A stretch of 63,633 nt of DNA, filler included, from Globobulimina sp. (lineage: Eukaryota), in assembly GCA_003354225.1 (NCBI GenBank). It is 22 parts of 22 records of this genome, joined end to end, with 100 filler letters (N's around TTAATTAATTAA, not from the genome) between each part and the next. Parts side by side here need not be neighbours in the genome. Positions count along the whole stretch, not along the records: positions 23,197 to 25,995 come from PIVH01004849.1; positions 26,096 to 28,893 come from PIVH01004850.1; positions 28,994 to 31,790 come from PIVH01004851.1; positions 31,891 to 34,687 come from PIVH01004852.1; positions 34,788 to 37,583 come from PIVH01004853.1; 17 more parts are not named here. The stretch is one strand, 5' to 3'. A program made the translations under genes and the position numbers. Position 1 is the first letter of the stretch; every line of letters begins with the position of its first letter. The notes under the pieces are model-generated. The model saw only the letters and a program-made list of their open reading frames with translations. It did no database searches and was not told where the DNA came from. This document shows, piece by piece, positions 23,923 to 36,615 of this stretch.

Positions 23923-25967
23923 CTATGATATTTTAATGGAAGCACCAATACTTTTCCTAACAACATTTGCATTCCACACAGCCGATGACTTAACAAGTTT
24001 GAATGGATTATGTGCCATAAATTGATTGTTACCCTCACTTAATTTAATAATTCTCCATTTATTATTTGGATGGTCTAACATCTCCACTCTGTATTGAATT
24101 TGTGTATTTTCTTTATTTTTGTTATCAACCACAAATTGAGAAGCCACATAAATACAATTATCGTCAGAATCACACCACACTGCCGGGAATAGGCCATGCT
24201 CATAATTTAAATCTTTAATCTGTATATGACTCCATGTGCTTGTACTGATATTATACAATTCATTATGTTTACTGCTCTGATCCCCTTCACATTGTCCTCC
24301 AACCACAATGACACCAAACCCTTTCCAAATACAACACGCTGCTCCATATCGATTATACTTTGACCCACCACTTTGTTTCCATTCCCTTTTCTGTGGATTA
24401 TACATTTCCACCGAATTTGTCCAATCTCCATTAACAACCTCGCCACCATACACAAATAATTTCGTTGGTTTGGTGTCAAAGGTACACATACAATGTCCAA
24501 ACCTATAAAAGATTTTTTTTGTACATGTAACTAAAGCTTGAAAGTTTTTTGTCACTTCGTACTTATATATACCATGTCGACGCGTGTCAATGGTATAAAG
24601 TATCAAGTGACAAAACATATAATTTACACTTCAAACCTGGCCTTATTCATAGATTTCAAAGGTTTCCATTTACGTTCACTAAATGAGAATTCTTGACAGA
24701 TATTGGTCGGTTCGAAGTTGTTATTTTTTATATTCCCGCCAGTGACACACACTCGACCATAAAACATGGTGCATGACATATTCTCTCTGTAAGGCAATAA
24801 CTCACCAATCATAATCCACGAATTACTAAACAAATTATAAATATCTAATCGGCCACATAATATGTTCTCATTCGTACGACCAGCAATACGAATAATGGAT
24901 AATTTCTTGTTGACATTGCGCAATTTATGCGTTAATAGTTCATCATTATTCATATTATTAATTGCATTTATATCATCATTGGAATTATGCATACCGTTAT
25001 TGTCATTTGTAGGGTGTTTAAATCGTATAAAATCAATGATTAATCCACAAGATTCTGAATCTGGCGGCAAGGATTGCGATAATATCGCTTTTGAGCCACT
25101 AATGGGATCAATAAATTGCAAGGATTCATTGCCCACAATACTCACAAATCCGTTTACAAATTTTGAATCTAATTTGTTTTTTCGCTCTTTTAACACCACA
25201 ATGACCGCGCGCAATAAACTAAAACTCACTAAGTGGAAGTCACTGAATGTGGATTGAAACACAATCAAATTACATTCACGCAATCCATTTCCTTCATTAA
25301 TATTCATTTCGTCACTAATTTCGTCAGTTTTAGACTCGTTTTGTTTTGCTTTCAATGGCAATAAAATATCTTTATTTTTATTCACAATGTCAGGCGGCTT
25401 TGTCGGTAGATTCATATTCGTCATCTTTATATTAATTCGATCCCGACATCGCGTACGGACACAAATTATAAATTTCTTCTCAAATTCATTGACATTCCGG
25501 GAATTAAATTCAAATAACTCATCATTTGCTAATTGTTGAATTACAAGTTTTTCCATCTCTTGTTTTGATATTTTCTCATCGATATCGGTCATCATTTCCA
25601 GCTCCAAACTCGCTAAAAAAGTCTGTGTCATCAACTCTTGAAAATGTCTTTTCAATGCAAACGGTATCGACAATAATTTCGCATTTTTATTTTCTTCATT
25701 CTCGACTTTCTGCTCATCCTCAAACAATTCTTTTTTATATTGCTCCGGGATTTGCTCCTTTTCTTCTTTCAATTTTGCAATCTCAGATTCCTTTTCTTCA
25801 TCTTTTACAGCAACGCTTTGTACATCAATCCAACCCAAAGAGATCCAGGCCATATTCATACAAATATCCTCATTCGAATCCATCTTCGATTTGCGTTTCA
25901 TCCCAATTTGCAGCTCAATCTCTTTCACTCTCTGTGTACGCACCACATCCTTCCGTTCATTGGCCAC
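23923..25967 (-). CDS. Kelch-repeat protein (2 or more exons)
   Basis: VCVTGG...QEFSFSERKWKPLKSMNKAR, LFVYGG...VEMYNPQKREWK and VIVVGG...ELYNISTSTW. Confidence 0.85.
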
Positions 25968-26109
25968 AATATTCGCGAAAAACTTATCTAATTTANNNNN
26001 NNNNNNNNNNNNNNNNNNNNNNNNNNNNNNNNNNNNNNNTTAATTAATTAANNNNNNNNNNNNNNNNNNNNNNNNNNNNNNNNNNNNNNNNNNNNATTCG
26101 TTGTGGTGG

Positions 26110-26410
26110 TTATTCGTCAGACCATCCGCTAAGCGGCCAAAGCGTTTCTAAACTGCACCATCTTGCAACGCGACATCGAATTAGAGATCACGAGTACGGT
26201 CAGCACGCAAGCGCCCAATCGTAAGTTTAACCGTGGCAACAAAAAGCAGCAAGGCCAACGCATTCTGAATTTGGATGGACATATCTATTTATTCGATTTG
26301 GGTATGGCTGTGCCTCTCTGAGTAGGTCGAGCGTGCCTGCCACCTTTGAGAAGATCGCCAGAGATGCAAAATTGGGCATTTGGCACAGCTTCCTCAAAGG
26401 TGATGATGAC
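26110..26410 (+). pseudogene. Degraded staphylococcal-nuclease-domain fragment, Tudor-SN/SND1-like
   Basis: AAKAFLNCTILQRDIELEITS and FIRFGYG...FEKIARDAKLGIW match SN-domain motifs (LQRxVxI; AxxxKxGIW) but are separated by stops. Confidence 0.55.
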
Positions 26411-26779
26411 CCCCAAACGCAACGAGTGCAATGTGTAGAGTGCAACGTGTGGAGTGCAACGTGTGGAGAGTGTGTAGCAGTATTTTGCTAAAGATGCGCA
26501 TAATATGAAATGCAGCTACATGACATGACATTTTGCACACAATGTCATGTCTAAACTCATAATTCGCTTAAATTATGAGATATAATTAGAAAACACCGCC
26601 GCAAATAGCATTGAAATATAGTCATTATTACAAATTAATAATTACTCATAAACAAAGAATTGAATCAACAATTGTGGCTCATTTAGGGGATCATTGAAGA
26701 TTAGGGGAGTGACATACGTTTAGATGCCACGCCAAGCATAACCTCCTCACTGTCTACGTTATCAATCTCTGAACAACGT

Positions 26780-28800
26780 TTGTCTGCCCATTCAAAGCTA
26801 ATTGGCGGGGCATCAGACACACTCAATGCTAATAATACGAATAATACGAATAATATGCAAGTAATCACAGCTGTAAATACAAGTATAGTTATAGTATTAC
26901 ATCGAGACAGTTATAGTGTATTTAGGCAACATTGTATTACAAAAATGTATATTATTTACAATAATGGCTTACAATTTAATTCAAATGCATCCATAGCAAA
27001 GAAGTTATATAGTACTGGCAATGAAATTAATATTATCTATGGTTCATCAATATTTTATGATTTAAATGTAAATTTAATGCGTCGATATTATTAAATGCAA
27101 TATAATGATAATAACAGTACATTGTGGATAGGTTCTCGTTGTAATATACAAACAAATCAGGGTGCTATATTTGAATATTATGGCGGTGACATATCCGTAG
27201 CGAATACTGCATATATAAATGCAGCCGATTCAACAATTGTAATTTCAGAAAGATGTTCATCGTAGTATTCATATAATATCTATTCATTAAATCTATTACA
27301 ATTTAAAGCGAATTATCATTATTATTTAGTACAAATTTAATATTTGATTCACACAATGGCTCAATTTTTATATCGGGTTTTGATCAATCACGCGATATGA
27401 ATGGTATTTCAGGCAGACAAAACAAATTTATTTCAGCCAAACAAAATGTTACATATCAATATATTCAATTTGATGATGATATAACTTCATTTACCTCAAA
27501 TACAAACGGCGGTGTTTCTGTAATCGGTTATAATGGCATTTATGTCATGCAAAATGTGTACAATTTGCATGATAAATTAATATTTAATTTTATAAATAAT
27601 GATATTACAATAAATAAAAATATATCTAGAGCGCAATATTGAATTTATAACATCTTCCAACTCCGCTTCAATTGTTATAAATTCATTACTAATCAAAATA
27701 TCCGCATTAGCACAAACCTTAAATATCACCATTTCCGTACTGATAATATTAAATCGATCGATGGAGCTCGCTCAAGCTCAAAACAATGATTTTCATTTAT
27801 TTTTGGCCATACATTAGAATTCACGGGCATTACATGGCAGGCGAATTATTGTATGGCAATAGGATTAATTTGAAAACCTCTTTATTTGTATGGGATGCGC
27901 CATTAACATTTTAAGCAATCCACTATTATTACAAAATGAGTCTGATATAATTTGGCTGCATCTGAGCTGCATACAAGCTGCAGCGGCAGCAATACGTCCA
28001 TCTGTACTATGTCGCTAGGTTCAGACACAAACACAAATAATAATAATTACTCGCTCACCGATACCGAATTGGATACAGTCAATACCAATGCATCATTGTC
28101 CGCTGCTGCAAATACTGTCGTATATTTAGGAGTTATTGATGGCGAAAGCAGTGATGTTTATCATTATCATCCTCCATAACCTCAAACCTATATAGATTTG
28201 CTTATAAAGGTATTGAAATCTATCAAAATATCACATCCTGCAGCTCTTTGCCATTATTATTTGCCTTTGACAATTCGGATATGATTATTGGCGTTGCATT
28301 CCGACCGCTCTCGAAGCTTTGCCGACCGCTCTATCTTAATAATCTGTCTTAATAAATTACTGTCAAGAAGCACCTACAGTATTACTGTCAATGTCACAAT
28401 TATTACAAAACGAGACTGTGACACCAATTCGGAGTTTACTATGTTTGTTGGCTACGCGTTTTGTTGTGTCTCTCCATCGACTGGTATCGAGTTGTACGGC
28501 TCCTCGTTTTTGGCGCAACCATTGATTTGGAATCAAAGAATATATTTTGGGACACCGCGAGCTGTGCGATTGATACGCATAATATTGATAAGAATGCATC
28601 TGCGGCCGATATAATATGGTTACACTGCAATTGTAACAAAGAGAGTTCGTCTGGATCCGCCTGCAATATGTACTTAGGGAATGAGAGCAAATCCGCCAGC
28701 TATTATTCATTGAGTAATGAAGAGATCTCGATCCACCGTACACCGCCACACTATAGTTAGACGATAGGTTTACGTATTCAAGCGATGTTTCATCCATTTT
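26780..28800 (+). pseudogene. Heavily degraded coding-like sequence, probably a pseudogene of an extracellular protein
   Basis: Chain of short same-strand ORF fragments with protein-like composition, broken by stops and frameshifts. Confidence 0.4.
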
Positions 28801-28993
28801 TATCTACGGTGGAGTTTTGCAAGCATCCGTTTTGTCCAATCTATATATTTTATCATGCATTAAATGGAAATGATAATTATGCAGCTACATGACNNNNNNN
28901 NNNNNNNNNNNNNNNNNNNNNNNNNNNNNNNNNNNNNTTAATTAATTAANNNNNNNNNNNNNNNNNNNNNNNNNNNNNNNNNNNNNNNNNNNN

Positions 28994-29779
28994 TCTACCA
29001 TATTTACCACATCCCCATGACCAAACACAATAATTATCATCAATTGCTAACGTATGATCACATCCACAATATATATCCTTAAATTTTATTTTTTTTATTT
29101 GAATTTCTTGAATGTTTGGTGATGATTCAATATTTTTACCTAATCCTAAACCACCATAAGCAACATCAGAACCAGCAACATATATTTTGCCATTTGCACT
29201 TAAAAATGTTGTATAATACCTTGACGTGGCTACTTTTTGAATCGCTAATGATGTATTAATTGGTGTCCACTTACTTTTTATACCAAATTGATTCTTATAA
29301 TTCCCTCCGACAGCATATAATTTATTCTCATTTGAAATACAAAATGACTGCCATGATCCATTTGGTGCTGAAAATATATTTTTTATTTTCATATCTTTTA
29401 TTTGATGCCATATATTAATATTATTATTATGTCCAAGACCTAATACACCACTTTTATTATAACCACAACATTCATATGTTTCATCATCAAATAAAATATA
29501 TGCTGCTACACCACCATAACCACCACAAGTAACAATATTTTTTATCTGTTTTTGAAATGTTTTTATTTTTGTTATTTCTTTAACATCTTCATTTCCTCCG
29601 TTTCCTTGTTGTCCATATTTGTTTCTACCAATAGAATATAATTCCAATATTTTATATGTTGTATAATGGAATGAATGAATGATACTAATAATATCTCTAT
29701 GGATGTACTGATGCGTGGCGTTTCTAACGTATCCACTTATTAATAATTGTGAGAGTCTTTTTCTGAGAGCATGGTTCAT
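28994..29779 (-). CDS. RCC1-like repeat protein, close paralog of 16538-17298, 3'-truncated
   Basis: Near-collinear identity with the 16538 ORF (e.g. QQGNGGNED, ILFDDxTYxCCGYNKxGVLG, FCISNENKLYAVG); DIYCGCDHTLAIDD..VWSWGCG. Confidence 0.9.
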
Positions 29780-29816
29780 TTTTGGAAACAGCTTATAAAT
29801 AAAAATTAAACATACA

Positions 29817-31700
29817 ATGGCTTTGGTAGAAGGCACAAACGATGTGGAAGGTGAAGATGAAATCACCATTTGGCTGAAACATAGTCGCTTATCGTCATTA
29901 TGTCCAACAATGAAAAAAGCAGGATATATTATGGATGATATGCATGCAATATCCTATGATGTTGATGATAAAGAAACTATGCAGTTGCGTTAACCAATTC
30001 GTTCAAATATTATATGTATATGTAACAGTATTAAATAAATAATAAATATCTATAGGGCATTTATGGCAGAATTACATGTAACAAAAGCAATGGATAAGTC
30101 TCGGTTGAAACAAGCATTGAGAAAACTTCGTGAGAAAACCCAGCCGTCGCAAATTGTAAAAATCATAGTGACGGAATATGAAATGGCTGCAATGCAACGC
30201 TTATCTGATCAACATAAAAATATATCAGATGCAATGAACGATATACAATCAAATATCAATAAATTGGATGAAAAGCATAACGCAACAAAAGGTAAAATAA
30301 ATGATACCTTCAAACGATTAGCAGTAGAAATTGATAAACAGCATCAAAAATTACAAACTGATTTGCATTCTGCAGTGTCAAATAAGAAAAATATTTTATT
30401 GTCGCAATTAGAAAAGCTTACATCACACAGACAGCAATTATCAAAAGTTATGTGCTATGTTTATACACTGTATGTTATCAAAAAGTTATGTGCTAAACAA
30501 ACAGGCAAAAATTGAGTATGAGACAAATATTGGAAATACGAATTTGGAGATTGAAGACCGAAAAAAACAAAATTTATCATTGATAGAAAGTGTGTTAAAT
30601 TCAAATGAAAAGTATAATACAAAGATAGCACCTTTATTATCTTCAACCATTGTGCTCAAATTTGATGAAAATGAGATTATAGAAACAATTCAAAGCTGGG
30701 GTGACATTGTAAGTGCTGGAGCTCCAACAACACCAATTATCAAAGCTGCCAATGATGGGTCAAATGGTGTAAAAGTTGAGTTGTGTTGGTAATAAATTAT
30801 TTTATAAGCTTTGTTATTTTATTTTATTTTGCAAGATATCACTTTTTACACAAAATGACGATGAGAAGAAACAAGCTGAAAACGAGAAGATAAAAGTTGC
30901 AAAATATGAAATTGAGTATGTATCAGTGTCCGAGGAAGACAATAATGTAAATAAAATGCGATTATTTGAGGAGAAAAAGGAATGTATAAAATTGAGTATT
31001 GATAAAATAAATGATGATAATTCTGCTGAACAAATAATTAACGATTTACAATCAGGTGAAACATATTTATTTCGTGCATGTGGTCAAAATGTTTATGGTT
31101 TAAGCTCATGGAGTTCTCCAATTTCTCTTTTGATTGAGACAGGTATTTATGTTGTAACTCTTTTTGTATTCATGTTGTGAAATATATGACATCTACTTTT
31201 ATCGTATATATTTAGAGATATATTGGGGGTTTGATTGGATTGATTTATCCGATAATTTGTCCAAAAACGGGAAATCTATACAAAAAAATGGCACTGGCAA
31301 TGGTTGGAATACTGTTGCAAGAGGTCCGACATTTCCAACTGATTTTATAAACAAAAAAAGAGTCATTACGTGGAATGTAAGGATTGATAAAATATGCGGT
31401 CATCCAAACGGTCTTCATTTTGGAATTGCACATAAAGATATTCCTGCAAATCATCAGGCATACTCGCAAAATATTGGATTTTGGTATTATGGGAAAATGA
31501 TGAATTATAAGAAAAGTCCATCATTTGCAGAGAACAGTGTTGTAAACATTGTTGTTGATTTTGAACAATCGGTTGTTGAATTTCGAGAAAATGATGAATT
31601 ATTAGGTACACAAAAATTGAATGTGTTGGCTAAACCACTGAATGAGTTGTGTTTTACTGCTGCATTATGGCATGCAAATAGTAAAATAACTTTAGTTTAA
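29817..31700 (+). CDS. SAM - coiled-coil - FN3 - SPRY/B30.2-like protein (about 5 exons)
   Basis: Spliced N-terminus EITIWLKHSRLSSL...ELHVTKAMDKSRLKQALRKL (SAM-like); LQSGETYLFRACGQNVYGLSSWS (FN3); WNVRIDK...LHFGIA...VNIVVDFEQSVVEF (SPRY-like). Confidence 0.75.
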
Positions 31701-31890
31701 TATAAGAACTATATCGCTATGCAAATAAAAAAATATATACAAACGAGAATTAATATTCAAAACTACGTTTGCTTTTTTTTATGATTATCANNNNNNNNNN
31801 NNNNNNNNNNNNNNNNNNNNNNNNNNNNNNNNNNTTAATTAATTAANNNNNNNNNNNNNNNNNNNNNNNNNNNNNNNNNNNNNNNNNNNN

Positions 31891-33689
31891 AAATTTGGTA
31901 TTTCATGTATCGGCATTGACGAATCGCACTGTGTCGTTGAATGGGGACACGATTTTCGTCCCTCATATCAACGCTTATTTCGCCTAAAGGACAACTTACC
32001 ATTTCCGTAATCTCTGACTTATCTCGCTCTGAATACTACAGCTCCGGTTCGACCATAATTTATTGTTCGACCAGAAAAGAATGCGATAAGATTTCAAACA
32101 TTTTATGTGGAAACGGCATAAATGCAGCAGCGTATCATGCCGGTTTGGAGTGGCAGAGAAGAGCTGAAATACAAAGCAAATGGGAACAGAATAGTTATCA
32201 ATGTATTGTAGCCACCGTTGCTTTTGGAATGGGCATTGACAAAGGCGATATTCGCCATGTTATACATTACGGCATACCCAAATCCATTGAGTGCTACTAC
32301 CAACAGACTGGCAGAGCGGGCAGAGACGGCATGCTCTCACAATGTATATTATATTTCAATGACGCGGACTTTGTGCACTGTGAATGGATTATTAACCAAT
32401 CACAAACTGATAAAGGAAGACAAATTGCACTGAAAGGTGTGCAGAAAATTAAATCATTCATCTATTCCTCGCAATGTCGGATAAATATAATTTTAAATCA
32501 TTTTGGTGAGGTGTTGGATGGGGGAATGTGCAGTGATCGGTGTGATAATTGTATTGCAAACGGCGATGGCAATGGATGTGGAGTGGAGAGGGACTTTAGT
32601 GTGGAAGCAAAAAAAATGATTGAATGTGTACTTGAAGTAGGCCCACATTGGACTATGAACCAAATTATTGGTGTTTGTAAAGGAAGTGATAACAGTTCGA
32701 CACGGAAAGTATGGAACTTGCAAAGGAAAAAAACGTTTGCTGCGTTGTCCAATTATACCATTGGATGGCTCAAAGGCTTAGGACGGAATTTAGTGCATAA
32801 AGATGTTTTGTGTGAGATTATTGCCAGTGTTGAGACTCAGAACAAAAGTTTTAAGTATAAAAAGATTGGAGTTACTGATAAAGCGAGGAATATCTTGTGT
32901 GGCAAAGTTAAATTGAAAGCATGGGTGCCTGATATTGATATGCTTGATAATGCTATTTATAGCAATAAGCATATACAAAAAAATGAGCAAAAGGGTGGTC
33001 GTCCTGTCCGTTTTGAGCAAGCACGGAAGAAAAGTACTGGGAAGAGATGGACGGAGGAGGACGATAATTATATATGGCAGCATAGAGATGATAGCAAGAA
33101 AGTGTTGGCTCAATATTTTGATAAGACGGTGGGTGCCATACGTGCGAGATTAAAACATTTGGAAGATCCGGAACATAGCGCATATATACGATTGTTTGGT
33201 GGAAATAATTCAAATAATTCAAATAATAATGGTTTACAATTTAATAATACACCAAATTGGAATAATAATAATAATAATAATATGATGAGGTATGTAACTC
33301 CAAACAGTGATAATAATAATAAGACGAATACGGGAAAAAGAGGTTTTTGTCAATTTGCGAGCGATAATAATTCATCGCCAATGAAAAAACGGAAACTGGA
33401 GTTTTATGATATTAATACTAACGAAGAGAATGAGGATAAACATCAAATTCAACTCAGTAATCCGTGGGTTAATAATAATAATAATTCAATGATTATGAAT
33501 AATAATAATATTCCGATGAATCAGAATTCAATATTACAGATTGTAAAATGTTCGAATGGAGCGTCAATACATGACTTGTCTCAAAAATTGAATATATCTT
33601 CAAACGACCCAAAATTACACAATGTTTTGGATCAAATGACGGGAACATGGCAAATATATCAGAAAAATGACACGTATTTTTTGTTTTAA
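31891..33689 (+). CDS. recQ: RecQ-family DNA helicase, 5'-truncated, with internal deletion/frameshift near 32005
   Basis: IDESHCVVEWGHDFRPSY (motif II, different frame), IIYCSTRKEC, YHAGL, VATVAFGMGIDKGDIR, YYQQTGRAGRDG, Zn domain CR...CSDRCDNC and RQC. Confidence 0.92.
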
Positions 33690-34049
33690 TAATCTTTAAT
33701 GTCACATAGCTTTAATTGACAATGAAAACAACAATGAGAACAAAATTGACAATGAAATTGACAATGGAAATAATTGTTTGAACTGCATAAATGTGACTGA
33801 CAACGAAATAACCAGCGCTGACAATAATAGCTACATTTGTAATAATTGTAAACTAAATTGTAACTCTGTACTCTGTAAAAACCTCAACGGAACAAATAAA
33901 ATTTACACACACAAAAATAAAAATAAAAATAATAATATTTTTAATGAAAGTTATGATAACTACCATGTACATTGATGGAGATGTCATAATTTCACAATTT
34001 TACTACATTATAAAAATATTAATTATAATTACGTTGTTGAAGAAGCAAT

Positions 34050-34613
34050 TAACAGTCAAAATAGTAACGGAGCAACCGGGTATGATGGTTTAAGCACAAC
34101 ACATTTAAAAACAAATAAAGAAACATTCGAATTAATGGAACAAAACAAAACAGTATGGAGAAAAGGTATGTTTTTTAAATTATTAAAAAATAAAAATATC
34201 TCCCCTAACCTATGCAAAATTTTATGTGCAATATACGATAATTCCAAAAGTGCAATTAAAAATAAATCTTTCATTGACATACCCTATGATTTAATAAATG
34301 GTGTACTACAAGGATCAGTGCTCAGCCCAATACTTTTTGCAGTTTATATGGACGACCTTTTAAAAGAGTTAACTGACACTGAACTATGTTTTCTTTCTGC
34401 GATGATCTTGCAGTAACTCCCAACCGAATTGATCACCTCAAAATATTAATTAAAATCTGCGAAGACCACAGCAAGAATTGGGAGTATAGCTTTAATGCTG
34501 ACAAATGCAAAGTCATGATTTACAATAATAATATAAGCAGATTTGACACAGAGATAACAAAAATGCACATTAATGAAAGGAATATTATAACAAAGAGTAC
34601 GAAAATAAACTAG
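34050..34613 (+). mobile_element. Degraded non-LTR (LINE) reverse transcriptase fragment
   Basis: ATGYDGL (domain-0-like), GVLQGSVLSPILFAVYMDDL, frameshifted FCDDL (YADD equivalent) and FNADKCKVM. Confidence 0.88.
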
Positions 34614-34787
34614 GAAGAAGAAGAAGAACAAAATTCGTTTTTCTCAAAATAAAAAATAATATAATTGAAGGTTTCTCTGTCAATGGTNNNNNNNNNNNNN
34701 NNNNNNNNNNNNNNNNNNNNNNNNNNNNNNNTTAATTAATTAANNNNNNNNNNNNNNNNNNNNNNNNNNNNNNNNNNNNNNNNNNNN

Positions 34788-35800
34788 CAATTTGATCGTT
34801 GCCACTATCCGGACAAATACAATGCGGACAAATGGCTTCGTGTTGGATAATTTGCTGACAAATTGGGCAATGTCGCCCGCTCTCAACTTGATTGTTAATA
34901 ATTTGTACAGCGTGTAAATCGTTTGATGGTTGTCGTACATATAATTGATTTGGAGATATTTGGTTTGAATATGTCTCGTTTGTCGATGATTGATCTGAAA
35001 ATGTCGATGGTTGCTGTATTGATTCATTTGTCGATGGCTGAATTGGCTGTGGCTGAATTTGCTGTTGAACCGATATATTGGTAATATCGCATGGCGATTT
35101 CGGCTGTCCAGCATTTGGATTATTGATATTAATATTAATATCGACATTTGCATTATTGTCACCATAAACGTTGTTAACAATAGGACGAAGAAAGTTGGTG
35201 TTACTTAAGTTTAACTCAAAAGTTTTTTCAACTTCTTCATTTTTATTAGACTTGTTTTCGTTTCCTAAAGAAACGTTATCCAAACTATTATTCTGATGAT
35301 CAATATTATGATGAGACTCAACGTCTCGATCAGAATCTTCGTCAGACTCGAGATCGAACGGTAAACTTAATGTATTTCTAGGGATATTCTGATGATTTGG
35401 AAATAATGTTACTAATATATCCGATGGATTAATTATAGTAAATCTATTAATATGCATAAAAATATCCATCTCCATATCAGTATAATATATTTTTTCGCCC
35501 TTACATTTGGAATGGGAACGTTTAAAATGTTTACCACACTTAACACAAAAAAATCCCTCGTAAGCAGTGAAAAACGATTTTGGAATTTGCTGACACTCTT
35601 TGACGTGTTTATGTAAATGTGATTTTAATTGTGATGCATTACCAAATCGAGCATACACATCATAACTGCAATCCATCCCAAATGGACAATTTAAATCGTC
35701 AAATAAAGTTGGATCGATATTACCAATATTAGAATGGATATTGGTTGATGTATTTCTCGTTTTTGGATGGTTTTTATGGAAATTACTAGGTGTTTTTTGA
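34788..35800 (-). mobile_element. Zinc-finger ORF resembling the N-terminus of CRE/R2-type non-LTR retroelements, joined into an F-box gene
   Basis: CPFGMDC...F...QLKSHLHKH...P...CVKC...HSKC followed by a low-complexity linker and a further Cys cluster; no RT visible before the contig end. Confidence 0.4.
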
Positions 35801-36322
35801 TGTATAAGTTTAATTCTTGTATTGCTGGAAATGCATTGCATGCAATATATGTTTGTCTGTTGCATTTAGCAAATCGAAAATATTGTTTATAATTTAAAAA
35901 TGAGGCACATTCACTAAGTAATTCCGATGGCAATGTATCAACACAATCATGTGATAATATTTCTTGTTGGTTCTCTTCTCTTTTATTAATAATATTTGAT
36001 TGAATGCTTGTAACTGTTATATAATTGGAGTCAGTATGTTGGTCATAACAAAACACGTCAGTAATTTACAAAATATGCGTAATATTTACACGGTCAAAAT
36101 ATACAGCAGGCGCTACAAACCGACTACGAAAGACAGCTAAATGTAATTATAACGATCTAGCTACTTACCTGTTGATAATTGATTGAGATTCTTTTCAAAA
36201 TGATTGAATAATAATGTTGTGATTAAATCTCTTCCAACAGATCTAGTAAATTGATTAAAAAATTCGTTATCAGTTAATTGAGCGTCAAAATTTCTAAATC
36301 TGATCAAGGGAAGTAGCGACAT
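35800..36322 (-). pseudogene. F-box protein gene, interrupted after the F-box
   Basis: ATG 36322, canonical G|GTAAGT intron to ...AACAG, then VDTLPSELLSECASFLNYKQYFRFAKCNR (F-box); the sequence switches to unrelated content at about 35800. Confidence 0.7.
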
Positions 36323-36615
36323 GCTCTAGATCTGTTAAGTTGACTCTGTTTATTTATAATCACACCAAATTGAAAAACGAGATTGATGTGACGCAAAGTG
36401 ATACTACTGCAGTCTGCAAGATTGGATTACTATGATATGCATCAAATGTATCATCATTCACTATCATTGGTTTTAAAGTCAATAAAATGTGGATCCTTTA
36501 AAAATATTTCCCATTCCATTTCATATAATTTGTTTAAATCAAATTGAGTTCTATTAAAATACCAACATGTTTTATCCTTTCTGTGTGTCTCATAGTTCAT
36601 TTGTATAAATGTCGA

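Noticed and set aside
33778-34613. RT next to RecQ as a retron/DGR-like or domesticated system
   Set aside because: The motifs are LINE-type (QGSVLSP, NxxKC), frameshifted and internally deleted: an ordinary dead retrotransposon.
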